DNA of 64,000 bases from an uncultured Gemmatimonadales bacterium (GTDB lineage Bacteria; Gemmatimonadota; Gemmatimonadetes; Gemmatimonadales; GWC2-71-9), in contig CAVSTR010000004.1 of assembly GCA_963730915.1 (NCBI GenBank), positions 535,014 to 599,013 on the forward strand, written 5' to 3'. The position numbers and the translations under genes are program-made. Below, one piece after another: positions 40,069 to 47,353 of this stretch. Positions within the stretch are counted from its first letter, which is position 1; every line of letters starts with the position of its first letter. The notes beneath the pieces are model-generated. The model saw only the letters and a program-made list of their open reading frames with translations, was not told where the DNA came from and searched no databases.

Positions 40069-40614
40069 TTGACACAGCTTTTCTGGCTGCCGAACGATGC
40101 CGGACCGCTGCTTCTACTACCCGAAGCTCTACTTTCAGAATGGTCCGGAATTGATGTGCCTGATTATCGGCCGGTCAGCGCGACCTTTCGGTGGAGTTCC
40201 CAGGAAACTGGCGCTTCCGACTACGACCGGGCCTGCGACGTCAATGATTACGTCGGGGCGATCCCGTCGGGCACGGAGAAGGCTTGGTGCTGAACGACAC
40301 ACCCTCTGCAACGGCGTGGCTCCCGCGATCGTGGGGTGGCCTACTCGCACGATGGGAGTATGCCGACAGCGATGGAGCCATGGAGCATGCATTGGCCAGG
40401 ATTCGGGCGACCTGCCCTGGGAATCGAAGGGGAGTCTGCGCCTCGTAGGCTCGCCCAGGAAGTGTTCAACAGCGCCGAACCCGGCGCGGAACCGGTGCTT
40501 CCCCGATTGAAGCTCGAGATGCCACCTGGAAACTATAGCGTACGGTGGACGCCGTACCGCCCTGACCTTCGCACAGCGGTCGGATTGATCGAAGTCCGAC
40601 GCACACAGGATTAG
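40069..40614 (+). pseudogene. cassette 6: Imm21-like immunity protein, three -1 frame breaks
   Basis: LFWLPNDAGPLLLLPEALLSEWSGID..SDYDRACDVNDYVGAIPSG / GEGLVLNDTPSATAWLPRSWGGLLARWEYADSD.. / ..LPWESKGSLRLVGSP / EVFNSAEPGAEPVLPRLKLEMPPGNYSVRW... Breaks lie at about 40270, 40406 and 40459. Confidence 0.55.
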
Positions 40615-40660
40615 CGACTACGGCGCCAGTTCTCATAGAGTGCAGTATCACGACCGGGCC

Positions 40661-40761
40661 ACATACCAAGCGCATGCAGCTGGCGGGCGCTTCACATTTA
40701 AGAAACGTTAGATAGTGTCCATGCGGGCAAGTCGCCGCAGCTGATGCGCGGTCCGTTAGGC
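40661..40761 (+). repeat. attC 7 (R'' mutated to ACATACC)
   Basis: ...AAGCGCATGCAGCTGGCGGGCGCTTCA...GCAGCTGATGCGCGGTCC-GTTAGGC. Confidence 0.7.
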
Positions 40762-40806
40762 TGCTCCGTCCATCGAGTCCTGCGGATATCGCCGGAGAAG
40801 AGGTTA

Positions 40807-41304
40807 ATGGCTGGCGAACGGCGCCCGACCGCGAAGGGTCCACAAGCTGAGGCTGTGCGCACGCGGTGGCATGACATTGACCTTGCCATCGAGGGGCTGC
40901 GGCGAAGTGAGGTAAATGCAATCGAGCGGTGCCTCCAATTCCTGGAGGAGGATCCGAACTTTCATAGGTCCGGCTATGTGAAGGAATCGATTTGGCGCCG
41001 GTTCATTAACGCCGAGGTGCCACCTCGACAGCTCCGGCGCCTTGAGGACATTGGGCTGGCTTATCTCGACCGACGAATGACACGTGAGTTCTGGTACATG
41101 GCCCGTACCATGGCTGAACGTGCAAGTTATGCTTTCTGGGAAGCAGTTAGGCGCGAGACACTCTCAGCAGATCGAGCGACCAAACGTCGTGCGACGGCCC
41201 TTCTGGCCTATGAGCACGGCACGGCTGCTGGGGAGGCCATGCGGAAGGAAGTCTGGTACCAGGCCGCGAAAGAACGATCGGCCCAGCGCCGATCACGCAA
41301 GTGA
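40807..41304 (+). CDS. cassette 7: hypothetical helical protein
   Basis: ATG 40807 with GAAGAGG SD. The ORF-track start 40744 lies inside attC7. Confidence 0.5.
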   Translation: MAGERRPTAKGPQAEAVRTRWHDIDLAIEGLRRSEVNAIERCLQFLEEDPNFHRSGYVKESIWRRFINAEVPPRQLRRLEDIGLAYLDRRMTREFWYMARTMAERASYAFWEAVRRETLSADRATKRRATALLAYEHGTAAGEAMRKEVWYQAAKERSAQRRSRK

Positions 41305-41307
41305 GCA

Positions 41308-41405
41308 GTCGAACAAGCGCATGCAGCTGGCGGGCGCTTCAGGTCAAAGGAACTAGGATGTGTCCAAACGAGCAGTCGCCGCAGCTGATGCGCGGTCCGT
41401 TAGGC
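41308..41405 (+). repeat. attC 8
   Basis: GTCGAAC-AAGCGCATGCAGCTGG...GCAGCTGATGCGCGGTCC-GTTAGGC. Confidence 0.7.
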
Positions 41406-41428
41406 AGCAAACCAACACGGAGGTGCGC

Positions 41429-41791
41429 TTGAGATCATCCAGAACCATACCCCTCTACGTCTCAGCTCTTGCTCTGGTCGCGTGCAGCGGCGGGACCGTG
41501 ATCGACGACAGCTGCTTCGTGGACCTTGCGCCGATCAGTGCCCGGACCCACGTGGTAAGCGTCGGGGACACGGTCACGTTCGAGGCCACCCTGGGACCAG
41601 CCGAGTGTCTGCCTGCGAATGTGGAATCTGAAGAGTGGCGTTGGTCCAGCACCGACACGCTGATTGCGCGGATCGATTCCCTGACAGGATTGGCAGAGGG
41701 CGTTAGTCCAGGCGACGTGGGAATTCTGGTACGACACGCTCTGGCCCCGAGCGTGCAGGGTGCTACTGGATTCCAAGTTGCAGCAGACTGA
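41429..41791 (+). CDS. cassette 8: small lipoprotein with bacterial Ig-like (Big_2-type) domain
   Basis: GGAGG SD then TTG 41429. Lipobox LALVAC. VSVGDTVTFEATLG..WSSTDTLIARIDSLTGLAEGVSPGDVGILV. Confidence 0.5.
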   Translation: MRSSRTIPLYVSALALVACSGGTVIDDSCFVDLAPISARTHVVSVGDTVTFEATLGPAECLPANVESEEWRWSSTDTLIARIDSLTGLAEGVSPGDVGILVRHALAPSVQGATGFQVAAD

Positions 41792-41810
41792 AGACATCAA
41801 CGCGGCCCCT

Positions 41811-41837
41811 GATCTGACCAGGCGCGGTCCGTTAGGC
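41811..41837 (+). repeat. attC 9 remnant (L'-R' half only)
   Basis: GATCTGACCAGGCGCGGTCC-GTTAGGC. No matching R''/L'' arm upstream. Confidence 0.5.
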
Positions 41838-41855
41838 GGACTTTACGGAGATCAT

Positions 41856-42230
41856 ATGGTGGCTTGCGTTCGTATAGACGCCCAGGCCGTACTGATAGTC
41901 AGCCTGGCGCTCACCAGCTGCTCTGAATGGGGCGGCTGCACTCTGAGCGTAGAGCCGGGCGTACTCGTAGAAATCAGAGATGCAGCCGATGGAACACCGA
42001 TCGCGGCCACGGCTTCCGGCACTATTCTGGATGGCAGCTACCAGGATTCGTTACGAATGTATGACGGCTCTCTCACTCGAGCAGGTGCTGATGAGCGCGA
42101 AGGCACCTATACAGTGCAGGTGCTCCACGCTGGCTACATGCCCTGGGAGCGACGAGATATCCGCGTGCGGGAAACGGGGTGCCATGTCGATACCGTTACG
42201 CTTCAGGCTGATTTGCAACGAGCACCGTAG
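41856..42230 (+). CDS. cassette 9: small lipoprotein with carboxypeptidase-regulatory-like fold
   Basis: GGAGA SD then ATG 41856. Lipobox LALTSC. GTYTVQVLHAGYMPWERRDIRV. Confidence 0.5.
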   Translation: MVACVRIDAQAVLIVSLALTSCSEWGGCTLSVEPGVLVEIRDAADGTPIAATASGTILDGSYQDSLRMYDGSLTRAGADEREGTYTVQVLHAGYMPWERRDIRVRETGCHVDTVTLQADLQRAP

Positions 42231-42240
42231 CCCAACAGGC

Positions 42241-42340
42241 GCTTAACAAGCGTATGCAGCTGACGGCGCCTCACTTCAAAGGAAAGTAGGATAGGTCCAA
42301 ATCGGACCAGTTCCCGCAGGTGATGCGCGATCCGTTGGAT
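42241..42340 (+). repeat. attC 10 (divergent copy)
   Basis: GCTTAAC-AAGCGTATGCAGCTGACGG...CGCAGGTGATGCGCGATCC-GTTGGAT. Confidence 0.65.
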
Positions 42341-42448
42341 GGCACCACGCACTCATGTCGGACAGATAAGACTACGTACCGGGGACCCGATAGCCCCGGC
42401 CATGTCAGCCGGGATTATCGGACGACCGACCTGTGATCCACGTCTCTG

Positions 42449-42969
42449 TTACTGTCCCGAGCTCTCACCCAGGGCGACGAGAAGCTCGTCCAGCTGATCG
42501 AACGTCTCGCCCATTGCATCGGCTGCTCCGGTGCCACAGCGTCGAGCGCTTCCTTCGAAGGATAGCTCTCGCGCAGGACCACCAGCGTCTTGCCGCCGTT
42601 TTCCTCGAAGGTCACCGTGGTGACAGGCCCGCCCTCGCCAGCTTCCTCATTGGTCCACGCGAGGCGCGAATACGGCCTCACTTCCACATACGTGCCGAAA
42701 AACGCGGCAGGCTCGGCGCCACCGTGGTCGAATACCAATCGGTACTTGCCTCCGACACGAGCATCCACCTCGCAGGACAGCAGGGTCATTCCCATCGACT
42801 TCGGCACCCACCAACGCTTGAGCAGCTCGGCCTTGGTAAATGCCTCGAACACGAGGCGCGCCGGGCCGTTGATGGTCCGCGTGACAACCACCTCGCGGTC
42901 CGACTTCCGTTCCACCGTGGTGCGGTTCTTCACGGGGCCGGGCTCACTTGCGATTCTTGCGTTCATCAC
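42449..42969 (-). pseudogene. cassette 10: SRPBCC/Aha1-like protein, frame broken near 42526-42540
   Basis: VVVTRTINGPARLVFEAFTKAELLKRWW..VTFEENGGKTLVVLRE. The expected tail ..GAADAMGETFDQLDELLVALGESSGQ-TAA(42449) is in another frame than ORF 42415..42969. Confidence 0.65.
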
Positions 42970-43296
42970 TCTTCTCCTTTCGTGTCAGTTCCTCGACAAC
43001 CTTGTTTAACTCGTCGAAGCGTTCGTCCCAACGCTGGCGGTACCTCTCGAGCCACGCCGTCTCTTGCTCCAACCGGCGCGGGCCCAGCTGGCAGGTCCGC
43101 ACGCGCCCGATCTTCTTCGTGGTGACGAGCCCCGCCTGCTCCAGAACACCAACGTGCTCTTCATGCCCGTGAGCGTCATGTGGAACTTCTCGGCAAGGTC
43201 CGTGATCAAAGCGTCGGCTCGTCCGAGCTGCTCCAGGACGCCACGCCGCGTGGCGTCCGAGAGCGCGGCGAACGAAGTATCAAGTCGGGTCGTCAT
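42944..43296 (-). pseudogene. cassette 10: ArsR/SmtB-family transcriptional regulator, frame broken near 43157-43161
   Basis: MTTRLDTSFAALSDATRRGVLEQLGRADALITDLAEKFHMTLTGMK / HVGVLEQQAGLVTTKKIGRVRTCQLGP..RKNRK-TGA(42944). It overlaps the SRPBCC start. Confidence 0.65.
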
Positions 43297-43321
43297 ATAC
43301 TGAACCATATGGTTCAGTATA
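43296..43321. promoter_or_regulatory. perfect 26-bp palindrome, candidate ArsR operator
   Basis: TATACTGAACCATATGGTTCAGTATA lies immediately 5' of (and touching) the arsR start codon on the minus strand. Confidence 0.55.
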
Positions 43322-43381
43322 TTAACGCAACCGTCCGCGGCATGCAAGGGGCGGACGAGTTACACTCATGCATGAGGTGCA

Positions 43382-43482
43382 GCCTAACAAGGGGGTGCAG
43401 CGGGCGGACGCTTCAGGTCTGAGGAATGTTAGGAGTGTGAAAGCGCGAAAGTCGCCCGCAGCTGATGCGCGGTCCGTTGGGC
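43382..43482 (+). repeat. attC 11 (divergent copy)
   Basis: GCCTAAC-AAGGGGGTGCAGCGGGCGG...CGCAGCTGATGCGCGGTCC-GTTGGGC. Confidence 0.7.
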
Positions 43483-43565
43483 GGCCGCCCGGCTTACCTC
43501 TACGCCTCTCCCTTCAGGAGGAGCTGTCTGGCTGGTCCGTTCATCACACTGATTTCGGAGATCCG

Positions 43566-43943
43566 ATGGGTCGGCAGATTGTCTCAACATCGAAGGCAGC
43601 AAAGCCACCCGCGACCTACAGCCAGGCAGTGAAGGCCGCGGGCCTGGTATTTGTTTCGGGCACAGCCCCGGCCGACCCTGCGACGGGCGGTTTGGTCGGC
43701 GCAACCATCCAGGAGCAAACACGGCAGTGTCTGACGAACATTGCCGCCATCCTCCAAGAGGCCGGCAGCTCGCTTGAGAAGATTGTGAGTGCGACGGTGA
43801 TTCTGGCGGAAGAGGAGGATTTTGGAGGCATGAATGAGGAATGGGTCCGATGGTTTCCCTAGCCTCCGGCTCGCCAAGGCGCCAAACTGCCTGTGCGGGT
43901 TCCCGGTCTGAAGGTCTCGATTGCCGCCATTGCCGAGGCATAG
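43566..43943 (+). pseudogene. ridA: cassette 11: RidA/YjgF family deaminase with in-frame TAG at 43860-43862
   Basis: ATYSQAVKAAGLVFVSGTAPADP..IQEQTRQCLTNIAAILQEAG..NEEWVRWFP-TAG-PPARQGAKLPVRVPGLKVSIAAIAEA-TAG. The family C-terminus continues in the same frame after the stop. Confidence 0.65.
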
Positions 43944-43984
43944 GGGCCGTTAGAAAGCGGCTCTATCCAGGAACTGGGAGTCTG

Positions 43985-44516
43985 ATGCGCCGAGTCGTCT
44001 ACCGCGTTGCCGCGAGTGTCGACGGGTACATCGCCGGGCTCCACGGCGAGGTGGATTGGATCGTGCACGATTCCGCAGTGGACTTCGTGAAGGTCTACGA
44101 AGGGGTCGACACCGTGCTCCTGGGCCGGCGCACCTATGAACTCACCCGCCAACCGGGCGCGCCCCCTTGGCCGCAGGGTTGGCGGATCTATGTCTTCTCC
44201 CGAACACTCAATCCGGAGGAACATCCAGGGGTGACGGTGGTGAGGGTCGAGGCGGGTCCACACGTCGCTGCCCTCCGCGCCGCGCCCGGGCGGGATATCT
44301 GGCTTTTCGGCGGTGGCGGTCTATTCCGGAGTTCTGCTTGGGGCCCAGCAGGTGGACCTCGTGGAGGTGCTGCTCGTGCCGGTCCTGCTCGGGGGCGGCA
44401 TCCCTCTCCTGGAGAGGGGAGCACCGCTGATACAGCTGGCACTGGAGCAGGTGGAGAGGTATCCAAGCGGGCTACTCAGTCTGAGGTATCGTGTCCCGGA
44501 CTCCGCCGCCGTCTAA
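43985..44516 (+). pseudogene. cassette 12: RibD C-terminal-domain (dihydrofolate-reductase-like) protein, frame broken near 44332
   Basis: MRRVVYRVAASVDGYIAG..TVLLGRRTYE..GRDIWLFGGGGLFRS / LLGAQQVDLVEVLLVPVLLGGGIPLL..LLSLRYRV. The stop TAA lies inside GTCTAAC of attC12. Confidence 0.65.
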
Positions 44517-44537
44517 CCCACAAATGCAGCCGACCCG
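44511..44537 (+). repeat. attC 12 remnant (R''-L'' half only)
   Basis: GTCTAAC-CCACAAATGCAGCCGAC. The right half is missing, and the next ORF starts at 44540. Confidence 0.5.
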
Positions 44538-44539
44538 AC

Positions 44540-44938
44540 ATGGACCACATCTTTCTTCCTGGTGAGGAGACATGGTACGCCAGCGATTCGCCAACCTCAC
44601 AGTTCAGCGCCATTTTCGAGGATGACGGCGACACTGGGTACTTCTACGCATGGGATCGTGCCCGCGAAGAGGGAGCGATCCTCGACGCCGTGCACATTTA
44701 CACCGTTCGGAATGTCATTGATCGCGAGATCGATTCGAAGGCTGCGATCATCTGGTCGGAGGATGGGCTGAAGGCGGTATTGCTACTGAACGACTACCCT
44801 CAAGCGGTGATCGATTTTCAAGCACGCCGGGCCTACTCTCGCTCAAACTTCCCCCCACCAGGGGGAGAGTGGCGCGCGTCCGAGCGGGCGCCATGGGAGG
44901 ATGACCTGATGCGACTGTTCGATGGCTCTGGCGCCTGA
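44540..44938 (+). CDS. cassette 13: DUF2251-like protein
   Basis: FEDDGDTGYFYAWDRAREEGAILDAVHIYTV..IIWSEDGLKAVLLLNDYPQAVIDF. The stop TGA lies inside the R'' of attC13. Confidence 0.5.
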   Translation: MDHIFLPGEETWYASDSPTSQFSAIFEDDGDTGYFYAWDRAREEGAILDAVHIYTVRNVIDREIDSKAAIIWSEDGLKAVLLLNDYPQAVIDFQARRAYSRSNFPPPGGEWRASERAPWEDDLMRLFDGSGA

Positions 44939-45029
44939 CAAGCGCATGCAGCTGCCGGGCGCTTCACTCATAAGGAACTTAGGATAGAGAACGCTTAAGC
45001 AGTCGGCGCAGCTGATGCGCGGTGAAGAC
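44933..45029 (+). repeat. attC 13 (terminal copy, R'' GCCTGAC, R' core lost)
   Basis: GCCTGAC-AAGCGCATGCAGCTGCCGGGCGCTTCA...GCAGCTGATGCGCGGT-GAAGAC. Confidence 0.6.
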
Positions 45030-45162
45030 TGGCGCATCGTGTGGTCTCATGCGACCGCGGCCGCGCCTTGAGCTCGGGCTCGCGGCTCACCGCTAAAGGC
45101 GAGTATAAGCAGTCGTGTGTGACGATGTAGGTTGTGCGACACTCTCCAAAGTGAAGGGCATC

Positions 45163-45555
45163 ATGGCAGACGCGACCGCTCGCTCGCAAGCAGCGTATCC
45201 CTACGCCACCCATCTCAACATTCACTATGACCAGCTCGAGCTGGTCGACGTACAATCTCTTGTCGACGCCTGCAAAGACCAATGGTACAACCAGACCCTG
45301 TGCCGCGTGAATGATTCGGTGGTGCGGCTTGGGGTTCTGCAGGGCGAATACCATTGGCACAAGCATGACAATGAAGACGAATTTTTTTATGTCATCGAAG
45401 GCCACTTCCTGATTGATCTAGAGGATCGGACGATCGACTTGGGACCGCGACAAGGCTTTGTGGTGCCGAAAGGTGTTGTCCACCGTACGCGGGCTCCCGA
45501 GCGCGCGGTGATCTTAATGGTGGAGAACGCTGGTATCGTCCCCACCGGGGACTAG
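45163..45555 (+). CDS. cupin domain protein
   Basis: GEYHWHKHDNEDEFFYVIEG..VVPKGVVHR. Confidence 0.7.
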   Translation: MADATARSQAAYPYATHLNIHYDQLELVDVQSLVDACKDQWYNQTLCRVNDSVVRLGVLQGEYHWHKHDNEDEFFYVIEGHFLIDLEDRTIDLGPRQGFVVPKGVVHRTRAPERAVILMVENAGIVPTGD

Positions 45556-45598
45556 TGCGGAAGCCTCCAGTCCATGATGTGCGAGCCAGGGGGACATC

Positions 45599-46075
45599 AT
45601 GACAGTCAAGCGTATGGACAACGTCGGCATCGTGGTAGAAGACATCGATGCCGCCATTGAGTTTTTCACCGAGCTTGGCCTGAAACTCGAAGGGCGAGCC
45701 ATGATCGAAGGAGAGTGGGCCGGGCGCGTCACCGGGCTGGGGACCCAGCGCGTCGAGATCGCCATGATGGTCACTCCGGACGGCCACAGCCGGCTCGAGC
45801 TTTCGCGATTCCTCGCCCCGCCCGTCGTCGCCGATCACCGCAACGCCCCGGTGAACGCGCTCGGCTACCTGCGCGTCATGTTCACCGTGGAGGACATCGA
45901 CGATACGCTCGCCCGGCTCCGCAAACGCGGCGCGGAGCTCGTCGGCGAAGTGGTCCAGTACGAAGACACGTATCGGCTCTGCTACATCCGGGGCCCCGAA
46001 GGAATTCTCATCGGGCTCGCCCAACAACTCGGGCAGCAGACTTCCCGAGCGAATCCCATGAAACGCAAGCGGTAA
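45599..46075 (+). CDS. VOC (glyoxalase/bleomycin-resistance/dioxygenase) family protein
   Basis: MDNVGIVVEDIDAAIEFFTELGL..RVMFTVEDIDDTLARL. Confidence 0.8.
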   Translation: MTVKRMDNVGIVVEDIDAAIEFFTELGLKLEGRAMIEGEWAGRVTGLGTQRVEIAMMVTPDGHSRLELSRFLAPPVVADHRNAPVNALGYLRVMFTVEDIDDTLARLRKRGAELVGEVVQYEDTYRLCYIRGPEGILIGLAQQLGQQTSRANPMKRKR

Positions 46076-46204
46076 AACTGAAGCCTTGCCGTCTGAGCCG
46101 TCCGAATGGGGCGAGGAGCAGGGAGCCGAGGTAGGTTGAGGGTAATGCTGCGTAATCACCAGCGGACGGCGGAGCTTTCGAGGACCTCAGCTTCGGGGAA
46201 TTTC

Positions 46205-47353
46205 ATGCTTCGTGTGCTCTCAATAGTCGCCGCCGGCATCAGCACGGCGGCGCTGACTCTTTCCTGCTCCGATGCCCCGACCTCGGCCGGCGGAACACCA
46301 GCCAGGGGCACCGGCATGCAATCGGCTCCCGCCGCAGCCTTCAGCCCGACGCTCACGCGGCAGGCGAGCGGCACCACTCAGCGGTTCTTCGCCGTCAGCC
46401 CAGTGAACGATCGTGTCGTATGGGCCAGCGCGGCCGGAGGGACCTTTGCGAAGACTGTGGATGGCGGCGCCACCTGGGTCTCCCGGGTAATCCCCGGGGC
46501 AGAGACCCTCGAGTTCCGTGACGTGCAGGGGGTGAGCGCGAGGGTTGCCTATCTCCTCTCCGCCGGCGAAGGAGCGGCCAATCGCATCTATAAGACTGTG
46601 GATGGTGGAGAAACCTGGGAGCTGCAATTTCAGGCTGGAGCCGATCCCCGATTCTTTTATGACTGCTTCGATTTCTGGACTCCAAACCGCGGGATAACAT
46701 TTGCGGATGGGGTCGACGGGCGCTTTCCCGTCGTCCGGACCTCCGATGGAGGAGAAAACTGGACGAATATCGGCGGGCGTCTTCCAGGTCCTCAGGCCGG
46801 TGAGGCCGGCTTTGCGGCCAGCGGGTCGTGCATTACGACCGGGAGCGGTAACCGGGCCTGGATCGGGACCGGAGGCGGGGTGGAGGCCAGAGTTCTGGCG
46901 ACCACCGATGGAGGTGACAGCTGGACGTCGTATGGCGTACCGATCCTGCAGGGGACTTCATTGTCAGGGGTGGTCAGCATCGATTTCCGTGACCCATTCC
47001 GCGGGATCCTGGGAGGCGGAGACATCCTGGCCCATACTGTGGCGCAGAACAACGTGGCGCGCTCGAGTGACGGCGGCAAAACGTGGACGCTGACAACACC
47101 GACGCCCTTTACCGGGGCGGTATACGGGCTGAGCTATGTGCCCGGCCAGCGCCTCACAGTCGTCGCTACCGGGCCGAGCGGCGCGGCGTGGTCGCCGGAC
47201 GAAGGGGACACCTGGTCGCTCCTGCCGGGGCTCTCGAACTTCTGGGCGGTAGCTTTCGCCAGTCGAAGCGCGGGGTGGCTGGTTGGGGGTGACGGGCAGA
47301 TCGTGAAGATCGACTTCTCTCGCGAAGCACCGGACGAGAACAAGGATCTCTAG
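46205..47353 (+). CDS. BNR/Asp-box repeat beta-propeller lipoprotein (Ycf48-like)
   Basis: Lipobox LTLSC. Six S/TxDGGxTW boxes (TVDGGATW, TVDGGETW, TSDGGENW, TTDGGDSW, SSDGGKTW, SPDEGDTW). Confidence 0.7.
   Translation: MLRVLSIVAAGISTAALTLSCSDAPTSAGGTPARGTGMQSAPAAAFSPTLTRQASGTTQRFFAVSPVNDRVVWASAAGGTFAKTVDGGATWVSRVIPGAETLEFRDVQGVSARVAYLLSAGEGAANRIYKTVDGGETWELQFQAGADPRFFYDCFDFWTPNRGITFADGVDGRFPVVRTSDGGENWTNIGGRLPGPQAGEAGFAASGSCITTGSGNRAWIGTGGGVEARVLATTDGGDSWTSYGVPILQGTSLSGVVSIDFRDPFRGILGGGDILAHTVAQNNVARSSDGGKTWTLTTPTPFTGAVYGLSYVPGQRLTVVATGPSGAAWSPDEGDTWSLLPGLSNFWAVAFASRSAGWLVGGDGQIVKIDFSREAPDENKDL

Larger units (their letters stand above)
36005..45029 (+). mobile_element. integron-type gene-cassette array without integrase in the window (CALIN-like)
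   Basis: A regularly recurring 94-101 bp attC-like imperfect palindrome (RYYYAAC...GTTRRRY). Neighbour-to-neighbour R'/R'' complementarity is present. There is one short gene per interval. Confidence 0.8.

Noticed and set aside
43841-44938. A 365-aa ORF spanning three cassette genes.
   Set aside because: It is a composite. It joins the off-frame end of ridA, the N-terminal two-thirds of the RibD_C gene, an off-frame Gly/Arg/Ala-rich stretch across the attC12 remnant, and then the DUF2251-like gene in frame.
36005-45029. Regularly spaced repeats could be mistaken for a CRISPR array.
   Set aside because: The repeats are ~100 bp imperfect palindromes, not 24-48 bp. The spacers are 0.45-1.1 kb and contain ORFs with SD sequences. 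Repeat ends carry RYYYAAC/GTTRRRY cores with neighbour complementarity. No cas genes are present.
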